A DNA stretch of 64,000 nt from Candidatus Pacearchaeota archaeon (GTDB lineage: Archaea; Nanobdellota; Nanobdellia; Pacearchaeales; GW2011-AR1): assembly GCA_023144035.1 (NCBI GenBank), contig JAGLGM010000001.1, forward strand, positions 135,422 through 199,421. The letters are read 5' to 3'. Made by a program: the position numbers and the translations under genes. The notes under the pieces are model-generated. The model had not been told where the DNA came from. It made no database searches and worked only from the letters and a program-made list of their open reading frames with translations. Shown in pieces: positions 1-9,349 of this stretch; the first letter of the stretch is position 1; every line of letters starts with the position of its first letter.

Positions 1-57
1 TGAAGCTCCAACTGCAATTAAAGCTGAAAAGAAACTATAGAAATAATTTAACATAAA

Positions 58-303
58 ATGATTATAAATAAAGAATATCTAGAAGAATTTTGTGAACATC
101 ATAACATATTTACAGAGAAAACAATTTCTGAAGAAAAAATAAGTAAATTAAACTATTATTTTGGAGTAGATATATTTTATTTATCTTCTATAAAAAATCT
201 ACCTGAATTAGAAAAAATAATAAACAAACATTCTCAAAGCCCTATTGAAGCAAATGAAGATTTAAATCATGAAGCTATTTTATTTTATAAGAAATTTAAT
301 TAA
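58..303 (+). CDS. hypothetical protein (81 aa)
   Basis: Open reading frame only; no recognisable motif. Confidence 0.3.
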   Translation: MIINKEYLEEFCEHHNIFTEKTISEEKISKLNYYFGVDIFYLSSIKNLPELEKIINKHSQSPIEANEDLNHEAILFYKKFN

Positions 304-1079
304 ACAATCTTAAAATCAACTCTAACTCTAAGTTTATATGGAGCTATTTCTCCTGCTGATTTTACTTTTAAAATTTTAATTTTCTTTCTAGCTTTTTTAG
401 CTTCCTCTTTTATCTTTTCGACAATTTTGTCTTTTTCAGTCACTTCACAAAAATCATAATAAAATATTCTTGTATTTTTTTTACTTAATTTAAATGCTTG
501 TTTTAAGAAAGTGTCTTTTAATTGTGGCCTTGGCATTGCAATTACATCAAATTTTTTATTAGTTTTTTCAGCAACTCTTTTAATATCTCCAAATAATAAT
601 TCAACCCTATCTTTAACTTTATTTAATTCAATATTTAATTGAGCATATTTATTTGCTTCTCTATTAATTTCATTTGAAACAATCTTTTTAGCTTTTGAAT
701 TTTTAGCAATAACAATTGGTAAAGGTGCAACTCCTGCAAACATAACCAATACTTCATCTCCTTTTTTTATTTGTTCAGCAATTTCTTTTCTTTCATTACT
801 TAATCTAGGAGAAAAATAAGTATTATCAATCTGAAATCTAAAAGAACAATTATTCTCTCTATACAAAACTTCTTTTGTTTTTTCTCCTGCAAGATAAATT
901 GTAGAAATCTTTCTTAATCTTCCTTTTATTTTTCCTTTTTTCTCTAAAACTGTTTTTATTGCCTTTTGTTTTTTTAACAAATACTCAGCAAACTTTTTCT
1001 TTTCTATTTTTTTAAAATCTAAAGGAAATCTTACAATTGCAACACTTCCTAGTAAATCATATGAATTAACTTTTCTCAT
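300..1079 (-). CDS. trm5: tRNA (guanine37-N1)-methyltransferase, Trm5/Met-10+ family
   Basis: Motifs TYFSPRLSNER, VMFAGVAP (SAM loop) and AMPRP (NLP-loop equivalent); layout typical of archaeal Trm5/Taw22. Confidence 0.75.
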   Translation of the reverse strand: MRKVNSYDLLGSVAIVRFPLDFKKIEKKKFAEYLLKKQKAIKTVLEKKGKIKGRLRKISTIYLAGEKTKEVLYRENNCSFRFQIDNTYFSPRLSNERKEIAEQIKKGDEVLVMFAGVAPLPIVIAKNSKAKKIVSNEINREANKYAQLNIELNKVKDRVELLFGDIKRVAEKTNKKFDVIAMPRPQLKDTFLKQAFKLSKKNTRIFYYDFCEVTEKDKIVEKIKEEAKKARKKIKILKVKSAGEIAPYKLRVRVDFKIV

Positions 1080-1375
1080 TTTTTGTAAATCTTATCATGA
1101 TGGTCAAAATCGTCAAACACCACTAAATTATTTTTCTTATCAAACCTAAAAACTAAAACAAAATGCCCTATATGAACTCTTTTATAATCTTTCATCTTAT
1201 ATTGTAAGTTTTTATATACTTCAACATCAGAAGAATTTATTATTTCTCTTATTTTATTTAGAATTCTTTTATGCATAAAAGGGTTTTTTTTAAAAAGTTT
1301 TTTCAAAATTTTTTGAAGACTCTCTTCTATTTTAAATTTATACATTTTAAGAGACTGCTTTTTCAAAATCTTCAA
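1076..1375 (-). CDS. RelE/YoeB-like type II toxin
   Basis: Small basic protein with C-terminus KRVHIGHFVLVFRFD..VVFDDFDHHDKIY. The likely true start is the ATG at 1345, 1 nt past the upstream antitoxin stop. Confidence 0.6.
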   Translation of the reverse strand: MKILKKQSLKMYKFKIEESLQKILKKLFKKNPFMHKRILNKIREIINSSDVEVYKNLQYKMKDYKRVHIGHFVLVFRFDKKNNLVVFDDFDHHDKIYKK

Positions 1376-1577
1376 AAGAAGAATATGCTATAAATTTACC
1401 TTTTTTCCTAATCCTATCAAGTTTCTTTAAATATTCCTCTCTAACTTCTGGTTCTTCTTCTATTTGCGTTTTTATAAAAAAATTAATTTGTTTACTCATG
1501 CTAAATCCATTTTCCTTGCAAAATTCAGAAAACTGCTTATAAGATTCTTCATCAAGATTAAAAGTTTTTAATACCAT
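1347..1577 (-). CDS. ribbon-helix-helix (CopG-like) antitoxin
   Basis: N-terminal beta-strand plus two helices (KTFNLDEESYKQFSEFCKENGFSMSKQINFFIKTQI); lies immediately upstream of the RelE-like ORF. Confidence 0.55.
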   Translation of the reverse strand: MVLKTFNLDEESYKQFSEFCKENGFSMSKQINFFIKTQIEEEPEVREEYLKKLDRIRKKGKFIAYSSFEDFEKAVS

Positions 1578-1652
1578 TAAATAAGGTTATTTAACATTAT
1601 TTAAATATCTTGTGGTTTTCATCAACAAAATCTATTCCATCACTTTTTTTTA

Positions 1653-1862
1653 TTATTCCCATTTCAAATTTTTGTTTCTTTTATAATCTGGAGGCCAGAT
1701 ATATCCAATTTTACCTTCAGCATCAACAGCAATCTTATTTATATCAAGAAGATAAGAAATAATAATTTTATAAGTTTGATACATTACACCTTTTGGTAAA
1801 TTTTTCCATAATTGATAAACTTTAAATTCTCCAGAATAATCTTTAATAAACTTTTCTACCAT
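1653..1862 (-). CDS. hypothetical small protein (69 aa)
   Basis: ORF only. Confidence 0.35.
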   Translation of the reverse strand: MVEKFIKDYSGEFKVYQLWKNLPKGVMYQTYKIIISYLLDINKIAVDAEGKIGYIWPPDYKRNKNLKWE

Positions 1863-2045
1863 AAGAACAGTATCTAGGATATCTTAAAATATTTTGTTCT
1901 TTTTTAGATTTGTTTAATTGCATTTTCTTATATCAACTTATATATTATATCAAAAGATATAAGGATTTAAATCTTCCCCTTAAAATAGGGATTTAAATCT
2001 ATCTTCTTTGAGAAGATTTATAAAAACAAGTTCATTAAATTAATT

Positions 2046-2795
2046 ATGGCTATGCCTTATTTCCTTCAAAACATAAATTCAGGAATAATTGTAATGGGTG
2101 CTTTATTTTTAATCTTCTTTGCATTTATTAATTATGTTTTATCTAAAGTTTTTAGAGATAAATATGGAAATGTAAATACTGCAACAGCAGGAATTATATC
2201 TTTTTGTATTGCTATATTAATTATTTACTTTGGAAAAGATACTATTTCAAACATAATTGATTCATTAAGATTTTCTGATACAATATTATATATAATCAGT
2301 GTAATAGCTGTATTAATTTTATTATATTTTTTTAGAAAAAAGTTAAGATTTTGTATGATTTTAATGCTTACAGGCGCAGGTTTAATTTTAATTGGCGCAT
2401 TTACAGAATTAGTATATCAAAAAGAATTTGTAATTGGTCTTGGAATAGGATTATTACTTTTAGGTATTTGGATGTGTACACGGAGACCAAGAAATCCTAG
2501 ACCTCCAAGAGGAAGAAGCCTTTTAGAAAAAGCATTAGAACCTTCTTCTGAGCCCCTTAAATCAAAATCTCCAAGAGGTGCTAAAAGAAGAAATGTTTAT
2601 GATTTAAAACAAAAATATCTTGCTTATTTATTTCAATATTATAACAAAGGAAATAATCCTCAAAGAAAAAAGAGAATTAAACAAGCAATGCAAACAATTA
2701 TTAAAATGGCAAATAAGATAGGATATCCTCCAAGGGTATTTTTATCTAAAAAAATTGCAGGACAAAATGCAAAAGCACCAAATCAATTAAAATAA
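2046..2795 (+). CDS. membrane protein with basic Pro/Arg-rich C-terminal tail
   Basis: About four hydrophobic helices, then RRPRNPRPPRGRS and a Lys-rich tail. Confidence 0.5.
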   Translation: MAMPYFLQNINSGIIVMGALFLIFFAFINYVLSKVFRDKYGNVNTATAGIISFCIAILIIYFGKDTISNIIDSLRFSDTILYIISVIAVLILLYFFRKKLRFCMILMLTGAGLILIGAFTELVYQKEFVIGLGIGLLLLGIWMCTRRPRNPRPPRGRSLLEKALEPSSEPLKSKSPRGAKRRNVYDLKQKYLAYLFQYYNKGNNPQRKKRIKQAMQTIIKMANKIGYPPRVFLSKKIAGQNAKAPNQLK

Positions 2796-2936
2796 AAACT
2801 ATCTAAAAACCAAGATCAGTTACTAAATCTTTTCATTCATATTCTTTAAAAATATCTTTTCATAATTGAAAAGTCATAGAAATATTCAAGCAATGAAAGC
2901 AATAGAAAATATAGCTAAAAAAAGGAACTAAATTAA

Positions 2937-3518
2937 TTATTTTTTAATTCTAAAAGTGCCTATCCAAAGAGCACATCCAATAAAAAACAAAACAGCTGCC
3001 AGTGAAACTGTTGAAGCTACTGATTCTGCAGAAGAAATAACAGCCCCAGTTATATTTGGGATTTGAGAGATAATAAATCCTAGACCAATTAATAAAAAAA
3101 CAGATCCTGTTAATCTTTCAATAAGTTTACTTGCATCATGAAGAATTCCTTGCCCTTGTAATTGTTTTTTTCTTCTATATCCTCCTCCAAGTCCTTTTGC
3201 AAGATAAAACCTTTCCTCACGATTACTTCCACTTCCTATTGTTTTTGAACGAACATAACCAACCTCCATTAAATTATCCAATGCTTCCATAGCCTTTGAT
3301 TTATCTAATTCTTGATATCCATGATCTTTCAAATATTCTATTATTTCTTTTACATCAAAAGCTTCTTCTTTATTACTTAAATATCTAACAATTCCTTTTT
3401 CTTCCCTATCTAGCTCAACATTAGATCTTATTAAGGATTTAAATTGCTCATTATCTAATTTAATCTTGGATTTTATTATTGACTTTAAGGATTTTTCAGG
3501 TTTTTCTTTATCACTCAT
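2937..3518 (-). CDS. membrane-anchored winged-helix protein
   Basis: wHTH-like segment (EIIEYLKDHGYQELDKSKAMEALDNLMEVGYVRS) followed by two C-terminal TM helices. Confidence 0.45.
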   Translation of the reverse strand: MSDKEKPEKSLKSIIKSKIKLDNEQFKSLIRSNVELDREEKGIVRYLSNKEEAFDVKEIIEYLKDHGYQELDKSKAMEALDNLMEVGYVRSKTIGSGSNREERFYLAKGLGGGYRRKKQLQGQGILHDASKLIERLTGSVFLLIGLGFIISQIPNITGAVISSAESVASTVSLAAVLFFIGCALWIGTFRIKK

Positions 3519-3571
3519 AAATATCTTAAGAATTTAACATTTTTAAATTTTGAGTTAATCTATAAATTATA

Positions 3572-4609
3572 TTAAAACCACTTATCCAACCCTTTTTGCT
3601 TATTTTTCTCTGCAAGATCTCTTAATTTTTCTAATTGCCTATTAATTCTTTCTTCTGAAAAATCATGTCTTTCAACTAAAATCTCTTTTATCTTTTCTTC
3701 ATTTATTTTTCCAAAATTAAATTCAGCATCAATTACATTTGGTTTATGAAATAATTCAAAAATCTCTTGCCAATTAAATTTATCTTCATCGGATAAATTT
3801 GAGATTTGTTCTTCAACACTTTTAAAAATTAAAACAGGTTGTTTATATTTTCTTACTATATCTAATGCTCTTTTTTGTCCTATTCCAGGAATTCCTTTTG
3901 GATTATAATCTGTTCCAACTAAAATTCCTAAACAAATAAGCTGATCAAGATTTATTTCTAATAAATTAAAAACTCTTTGCAATTCAATAATTTCTGGTTT
4001 TATTTCAATCCATCCACTTATAGTTCTTCTTTTTCTAGCCATTGTTAAATTTTGTATAAGTGATTTTGCTCCAAAAAGTAAACTATCATAATCTTGACTT
4101 ACAGCAGCATAAACTTCTTTTTTTCTAGATAAATAAGCTGCTTCTGCTTCACCTTCTCCAGGAGCTTGAACAACTACAATTCCCATTGCTTCTAAAAGTT
4201 CTTTACTTTCTTCAATCATCTCATCTTCAAGTCTTATTAATTGACTGCCATATCTTCTCATCCCAGACAAATCTTCTTCTTGCTTTGCTTGATCATATCT
4301 TTCTTTAGCAAGGTCTCTTCCAGCTTCTCTATTAACACGAGTTTTTGATTTAAGTGCAGGTGGTTTTCCATCAAAAACATAAACTAATTTTATTCCTTCT
4401 GATAATAAATTAATATTTCTATAAAAAATTCCAGATAAATGACTAGTAACTCTTTTTTTATTATCCATTAAAGGAGTCCCATCTACTTGGCGAATAGTAG
4501 ATAAGAACTGATAAAGAATATTAAAAGCATCAACACAAACTGTTTCTCCTTTTAAATCAGATACTTCAAGTTCTTTTCGCGGTATAATTTCACGTATATT
4601 TAATCCCAT
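3572..4609 (-). CDS. fen: flap endonuclease 1
   Basis: XPG-N start MGLNIREIIP, VCVDAFNILYQFL, acidic cluster APGEGEAEAAYL, C-terminal PIP box QKGLDKWF. Confidence 0.95.
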   Translation of the reverse strand: MGLNIREIIPRKELEVSDLKGETVCVDAFNILYQFLSTIRQVDGTPLMDNKKRVTSHLSGIFYRNINLLSEGIKLVYVFDGKPPALKSKTRVNREAGRDLAKERYDQAKQEEDLSGMRRYGSQLIRLEDEMIEESKELLEAMGIVVVQAPGEGEAEAAYLSRKKEVYAAVSQDYDSLLFGAKSLIQNLTMARKRRTISGWIEIKPEIIELQRVFNLLEINLDQLICLGILVGTDYNPKGIPGIGQKRALDIVRKYKQPVLIFKSVEEQISNLSDEDKFNWQEIFELFHKPNVIDAEFNFGKINEEKIKEILVERHDFSEERINRQLEKLRDLAEKNKQKGLDKWF

Positions 4610-4644
4610 TTTATCTAATATCTAAGTCAAAGAAATATAAATAA

Positions 4645-5133
4645 TTAACTACAATTTAAATCTTTTCTAATCTCATTAATATAGTTCCATTTTTGAGCCA
4701 CATCCATATGAAAATAATCTTGCATTCCTTTTCCATCAGGCCCTTTATAACCTGCTCTTTTTAATTCTCCAAGAGGTCCTTTAAGGTTTTGATTATCCAT
4801 ATTTTCATAAAGAAAATGAAAATCACATGATTTTAAAATCAAAGAAAATTTTGATTCTTCTTTTCCAGACTCTTGCGAATCTTCCAATACATTTGTTTCT
4901 AAATTCCCTGTATTTGTTCTAACTACTTCTCCTAAAGAAGCCATTTGAGCATGACCTCTAGTAACAAGGCCCGGAACTTCATCTAAATCAAAACCTAATT
5001 CAGTTGTAGTTTGAATATACTCAATTCCATCCCACCTGGCGATAGCTCGCTCTCTTTTTTCCTTTAAATTTGCTACATATTTATTCTCTGTTCGTCCAAC
5101 ATCATAATTGTTTGCCATGTATTTGTAACTCAA
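4645..5133 (-). CDS. hypothetical protein (162 aa)
   Basis: ORF only. Confidence 0.4.
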   Translation of the reverse strand: MSYKYMANNYDVGRTENKYVANLKEKRERAIARWDGIEYIQTTTELGFDLDEVPGLVTRGHAQMASLGEVVRTNTGNLETNVLEDSQESGKEESKFSLILKSCDFHFLYENMDNQNLKGPLGELKRAGYKGPDGKGMQDYFHMDVAQKWNYINEIRKDLNCS

Positions 5134-5191
5134 GAGTAGTATATAAATATTACTATTAAGTGTATTTCTTTAAATAAAATTGTTCTCAAAC

Positions 5192-5199
5192 TTTAAATA
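5192..5199 (+). promoter_or_regulatory. TATA box (TTTAAATA) for polB; implies a leaderless or near-leaderless mRNA
   Basis: cTTTAAATAa centred about 25-26 nt upstream of the polB ATG. The same box and spacing occur upstream of tRNA-Ile and tRNA-Asn. Confidence 0.45.
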
Positions 5200-5220
5200 A
5201 CTTACATACTTCTTAAAAAT

Positions 5221-8200
5221 ATGAAAATTGAATTTACACCTATAGACTATGATTATTTTGATTTTCAAGGGAGGAATTATGCAAAAATAATAGGTAGAAA
5301 CAACAAAGGTAAACGTGTTTGCATAATTGATTCTTGCCCTGTATATCTTTGGGCAATTCTAAAAGATAAAGTAAAAGAAAATAAAACTAACAAATTAATT
5401 GAAAAAATACAAAAAATCAAACTTAATGTAAAAGGTAGACAAACAAAAGTTGAAAAAGTAGAAATTCATGATAAAAATTTCATGGGAAAACAAGTAAAAG
5501 CATTAAAAATATTTGCAACAAACTATAAAGATTTACATGATATTGCAGATAAATTAGATTTACCTGAAATAGAAAAAAGAAGAGGATATGATTTAGGATA
5601 TATTACACATTATATTATTGAAAAAAAACTTAATCCTTTAAATTGGTATGAAATTTCAGGAGAGTTATTAAATAATTCTCAAGATTTTGGAGGAATTGAT
5701 ATGGCTTTAGATGTTGATTTCTGTATAAAAACTAAACAAATAAAAGAGCTAAAGAATAAAACAACTTTCAAACCAAAAACTTTAGCATATGATATTGAAA
5801 CTGATAAATTAGAAATTGGAAAAGGAGAAATTTTAATGATTTCTTTAGTAGGAGATAATTTCAAAAAAGTTATAACTTGGAAAAAAAGCAAATCAAAACA
5901 AGATTATGTGGAATATGTAAATGATGAAGTAGAATTAATTGAAAAATTTATAGAATATATAAAAAAAGTATCTCCTGATTTTCTAGTAGGTTATTTTTCA
6001 GATGGATTTGATTTACCTTATTTAAAGGCCAGAGCAGAAAAACACAAAATAAGATTAAATCTTGGATTAGATAATAGTCAACCTAAATTTTCAAGAGGAA
6101 TAACTATGACAGCTAAAATAAAAGGCATCACCCATATTGATATTTTAAAATTTATTAGAACTACTTATGCACAATATATGCAATCTGAAACATTAACTTT
6201 AAATGAAGTTGCAAAAGAGTTTTTAGGAGATACAAAAAAAGATTTTAAAATAAAACATAGTTCAGAATTAGAAGAACATGATTGGAAAAAATATTATGAA
6301 TATAATTTGCATGATTCTGTTTTAACTTTAGACCTCTTCAGAAAGTTCTGGCCAGATATGTTAGAATTTACAAAAATTATACAAGAACCAATTTTTGATA
6401 TTTCTAGAAATGGTTTATCAAAACAAGTTGAATCTTATATTATTCATAATTTAAATAGATTTAATGAAATTCCTGAAAAACGTCCAACTTATGATGAAAT
6501 AGCAAAAAGAAGACATAGGCAAAAAGTAGAAGGTGCATTTGTTTTAGAACCTAAACCAGGATTATATGAAAATTTAGTAATGTTTGATTTTACGTCTATG
6601 CACACAAGCATAATAATTTCTATGAACATATCAAGAGAAACTTTATTAGAAAAACCAGAAAAAAATGCATATTCAATTAAAACAAGAGAAGGTACATATT
6701 ATTTTTCGAAAAAACAAGGTTTTTTTCCTACTTTATTAAAAGAAATTTTTGACAAAAGAAAAGAACATAAAAAAGCATATCAAAAAAATCCAGATGTAAT
6801 TACTTTAGCAAGAAGTAATGCTTTCAAAGTATTATCTGCATCTGCACATGGATATCTTGGTTTTTTTGGAGCAAGATATTATTCTATAGAATCTTCAGCT
6901 TCAATTTTAGCTTTTGTAAGAAAATTTAATCAAGAAGCAATTGAAAAAACAGAAAAAGCAGGACATAAAGTAATATATGGAGATAGTATTGGAGGAGATT
7001 CTAAAATCATTATAAAAAAAGGAGACAAAATATATGAAGAAGAAATAAAAAATTTATTTGAAAAAATAGATTCAAAAAATCCAGATAAAAAAGAATATAA
7101 TTTAAAGAAAAACACAAAAGTATTGACTTTAGATGAAAAAGGAAATTCTGTTTTTAAACCCATCAAATATGTTATGAGGCATAAAACCAACAAAAAGATG
7201 TATAGAATTCATTTTACAAACAATTGGAATATAGATACTACTGAAGATCATTCTTTAATCGGCTATCAATCTAGCCATTTTAATCAAACAGAAATATGTA
7301 AAAAAGACCCTCTAAAAAGATTAACAGAAATAAAACCAGAAGAGATTAAGAAAAAAGCAAACAACATAATAACTTTAAGTAAAATTCCAAATAAATTTCA
7401 AACTAAAAATTATCCAAAAGAAGTATATGAATTTATAGGATTTTTTATTGGTGATGGAAGTTTTTGTAGAAATAAACAACATAATAAAAACAATAAAGAT
7501 TATTACCTAGGGTTATCATTAGGTTTAGATTCTGAAGAAGTAATAAATAAACTAATAAAACCATTAATAAAATTAGGCTATATCAAAAACTATTGGGAAA
7601 GTAAAACAAGAAAAGGAGACATAAAAATTAATGGACTAAAATTAATAAAAATTATTTCCCAAAATTGTAGAAACAAAGAAAATAAGAAAATAATCCCTTC
7701 TTGGCTTTTTGATGAAAAAGAAGAAAATATAGCATCTTTTTTAAGAGGTCTATTCTCTGCAGATGGAACTGTTATGATAAGAAATAATGCTCCAATAATA
7801 AAATTTACTTCTATAAATCAAGGCCATATAAATAATGTGAGAAAATTACTATTTAGAGTTGGGATTTCACATTCCACATTTAAAGAAAATAATCCAAATA
7901 AATATAAAACAAAACAAAAAATATACTCTTCAAGAAGTTATTCCAAAAACATAATTCTAAAAGATAAAGAAAAATTCCATGAAGAGGTGGGATTTTTACT
8001 AAAAAGAAAAAATGACAAATCAAAAATAAAAACAAAGGGAATTCAAAAAAAATTAATTAAAAATTTTGAATTTGATTTGCAAGGAGTAAAGAAAATAGAA
8101 CAAATTAAAACTCCAAAATATGTTTATGACATAGAAGTAGAAGACAATCATAGATTTTTTGCTAATTATGTTTTAGTCCATAATACAGATAGTGTTGCTT

Positions 8201-8877
8201 TTACTTCAGAAAAAAAATCAAAAAAACAAATCTTAGGATTTTTAAAAAAATTAAATAAAGATTTACCTGGGATAATGGAACTTGAACTTGATGGTTTTTT
8301 CAAAAGAGGTTTGTGGGTAACTACAAGAGCAGGAACTGTTGGAGCTAAAAAGAAATATGCATTAATTGATGAAAAAAACAACATAAAAATAAGAGGATTT
8401 GAAACAGTTAGAAGAGATTGGTGTAAACTTGCAAGAAATGTTCAAAGCAAGGTAATAAATCAAATCTTAAAAGATGGAAATGAAAAAAAATCTTTAGAAT
8501 ATTTAAAAAACATTGTTAAAAAAGTAAAACAAAGGGAAATAAATAAAGAAGACATAATTATTAAAACACAATTAAAAAAACCATTATCAGAATATAAAGC
8601 TATTTCTCCTCATGTTATTGCTGCTAGAAAAATGCAAGAAAAAGCAATTCCTGTTGGAGAAGGAAATTTAATTAATTATTTTATTGCTGAAACAAGAGAT
8701 AAAAAGAAATTAGTAAGAGATAAAGTAAAACTTCCAACTGAAAAAGGAGAATATAATATTAAATATTATTTAGAAAGACAACTTATGCCTGCAGTTGAAA
8801 ATATATTTCAAGTATTTGATGTAAACATCAAAGAAATTATTGAAGGTAAAAGACAAATGACTTTAGGAGATTTTTAA
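5221..8877 (+). CDS. polB: family B DNA polymerase, interrupted in frame by a 400-aa intein
   Basis: Exo I LAYDIETD, motif A DFTSMHTSII, motif B KVLSASAHGYLGF, motif C split as YGD / intein / TDS. The spliced extein is 818 aa. Confidence 0.95.
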   Translation: MKIEFTPIDYDYFDFQGRNYAKIIGRNNKGKRVCIIDSCPVYLWAILKDKVKENKTNKLIEKIQKIKLNVKGRQTKVEKVEIHDKNFMGKQVKALKIFATNYKDLHDIADKLDLPEIEKRRGYDLGYITHYIIEKKLNPLNWYEISGELLNNSQDFGGIDMALDVDFCIKTKQIKELKNKTTFKPKTLAYDIETDKLEIGKGEILMISLVGDNFKKVITWKKSKSKQDYVEYVNDEVELIEKFIEYIKKVSPDFLVGYFSDGFDLPYLKARAEKHKIRLNLGLDNSQPKFSRGITMTAKIKGITHIDILKFIRTTYAQYMQSETLTLNEVAKEFLGDTKKDFKIKHSSELEEHDWKKYYEYNLHDSVLTLDLFRKFWPDMLEFTKIIQEPIFDISRNGLSKQVESYIIHNLNRFNEIPEKRPTYDEIAKRRHRQKVEGAFVLEPKPGLYENLVMFDFTSMHTSIIISMNISRETLLEKPEKNAYSIKTREGTYYFSKKQGFFPTLLKEIFDKRKEHKKAYQKNPDVITLARSNAFKVLSASAHGYLGFFGARYYSIESSASILAFVRKFNQEAIEKTEKAGHKVIYGDSIGGDSKIIIKKGDKIYEEEIKNLFEKIDSKNPDKKEYNLKKNTKVLTLDEKGNSVFKPIKYVMRHKTNKKMYRIHFTNNWNIDTTEDHSLIGYQSSHFNQTEICKKDPLKRLTEIKPEEIKKKANNIITLSKIPNKFQTKNYPKEVYEFIGFFIGDGSFCRNKQHNKNNKDYYLGLSLGLDSEEVINKLIKPLIKLGYIKNYWESKTRKGDIKINGLKLIKIISQNCRNKENKKIIPSWLFDEKEENIASFLRGLFSADGTVMIRNNAPIIKFTSINQGHINNVRKLLFRVGISHSTFKENNPNKYKTKQKIYSSRSYSKNIILKDKEKFHEEVGFLLKRKNDKSKIKTKGIQKKLIKNFEFDLQGVKKIEQIKTPKYVYDIEVEDNHRFFANYVLVHNTDSVAFTSEKKSKKQILGFLKKLNKDLPGIMELELDGFFKRGLWVTTRAGTVGAKKKYALIDEKNNIKIRGFETVRRDWCKLARNVQSKVINQILKDGNEKKSLEYLKNIVKKVKQREINKEDIIIKTQLKKPLSEYKAISPHVIAARKMQEKAIPVGEGNLINYFIAETRDKKKLVRDKVKLPTEKGEYNIKYYLERQLMPAVENIFQVFDVNIKEIIEGKRQMTLGDF
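6985..8184 (+). mobile_element. PolB intein with LAGLIDADG homing endonuclease, inserted in motif C
   Basis: Starts at Ser (SIGGDSKIII) directly after YGD; block B TEDHSLIG; LAGLIDADG motifs FIGFFIGDGSF and SFLRGLFSADGTV; ends YVLVHN and is followed by TDSVAF. Confidence 0.9.
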
Positions 8878-8880
8878 AAA

Positions 8881-9255
8881 TTATTTTATATACTTTTTAA
8901 CTAAAGATTTTAAATCACTGTTTTCCGTTGGTCTCGCAAGATAACCATTCATTCCATTGTTAAGACATTTTTTTTCAACATCTCCAGTTACTTGAGCAGT
9001 CACAGCAATTATAGGAGTTTCTAAATCAAATTTTCTAATTTCTCTTGTAGCTTCATAACCATTCATTTTAGGCATCTTTATATCCATTAAAACAAGCCCA
9101 TATTTATTATTTTTACATTTTTCTACTGCTTGTATTCCATTTTCAACAATATCAAGAGAATATTCTTCTAAAACAAATTTAAACAATTCTTGATTTACTT
9201 CATTATCTTCTACAACTAGTATCTTTTTCTCTAATTTATTCTTTTTTAAATTCAT
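8881..9255 (-). CDS. stand-alone response-regulator receiver domain (CheY-like)
   Basis: VVEDNE, LVLMDIKMP (phospho-acceptor Asp), IIAVTAQ; no output domain. Confidence 0.8.
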   Translation of the reverse strand: MNLKKNKLEKKILVVEDNEVNQELFKFVLEEYSLDIVENGIQAVEKCKNNKYGLVLMDIKMPKMNGYEATREIRKFDLETPIIAVTAQVTGDVEKKCLNNGMNGYLARPTENSDLKSLVKKYIK

Positions 9256-9349
9256 TTTAATAGGAAATTTACTAAAATTAAATCATTTATAAAACTTTCG
9301 ATAATGCAAAAATAGACAATATTAAAAACAATTCTTCTTTCTTATTTTA

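Noticed and set aside
1-57. Possible 3' end of a plus-strand gene entering from the left edge
   Set aside because: Two frames are open for only 13-19 codons, so neither frame nor product can be assigned.
5679-8384. Minus-strand ORFs 5679..5891, 6930..7193 and 8166..8384 inside polB
   Set aside because: They lie entirely antisense to a motif-verified gene. Their composition is low-complexity and Phe/Ser/Leu-rich, typical of shadow ORFs in AT-rich DNA.
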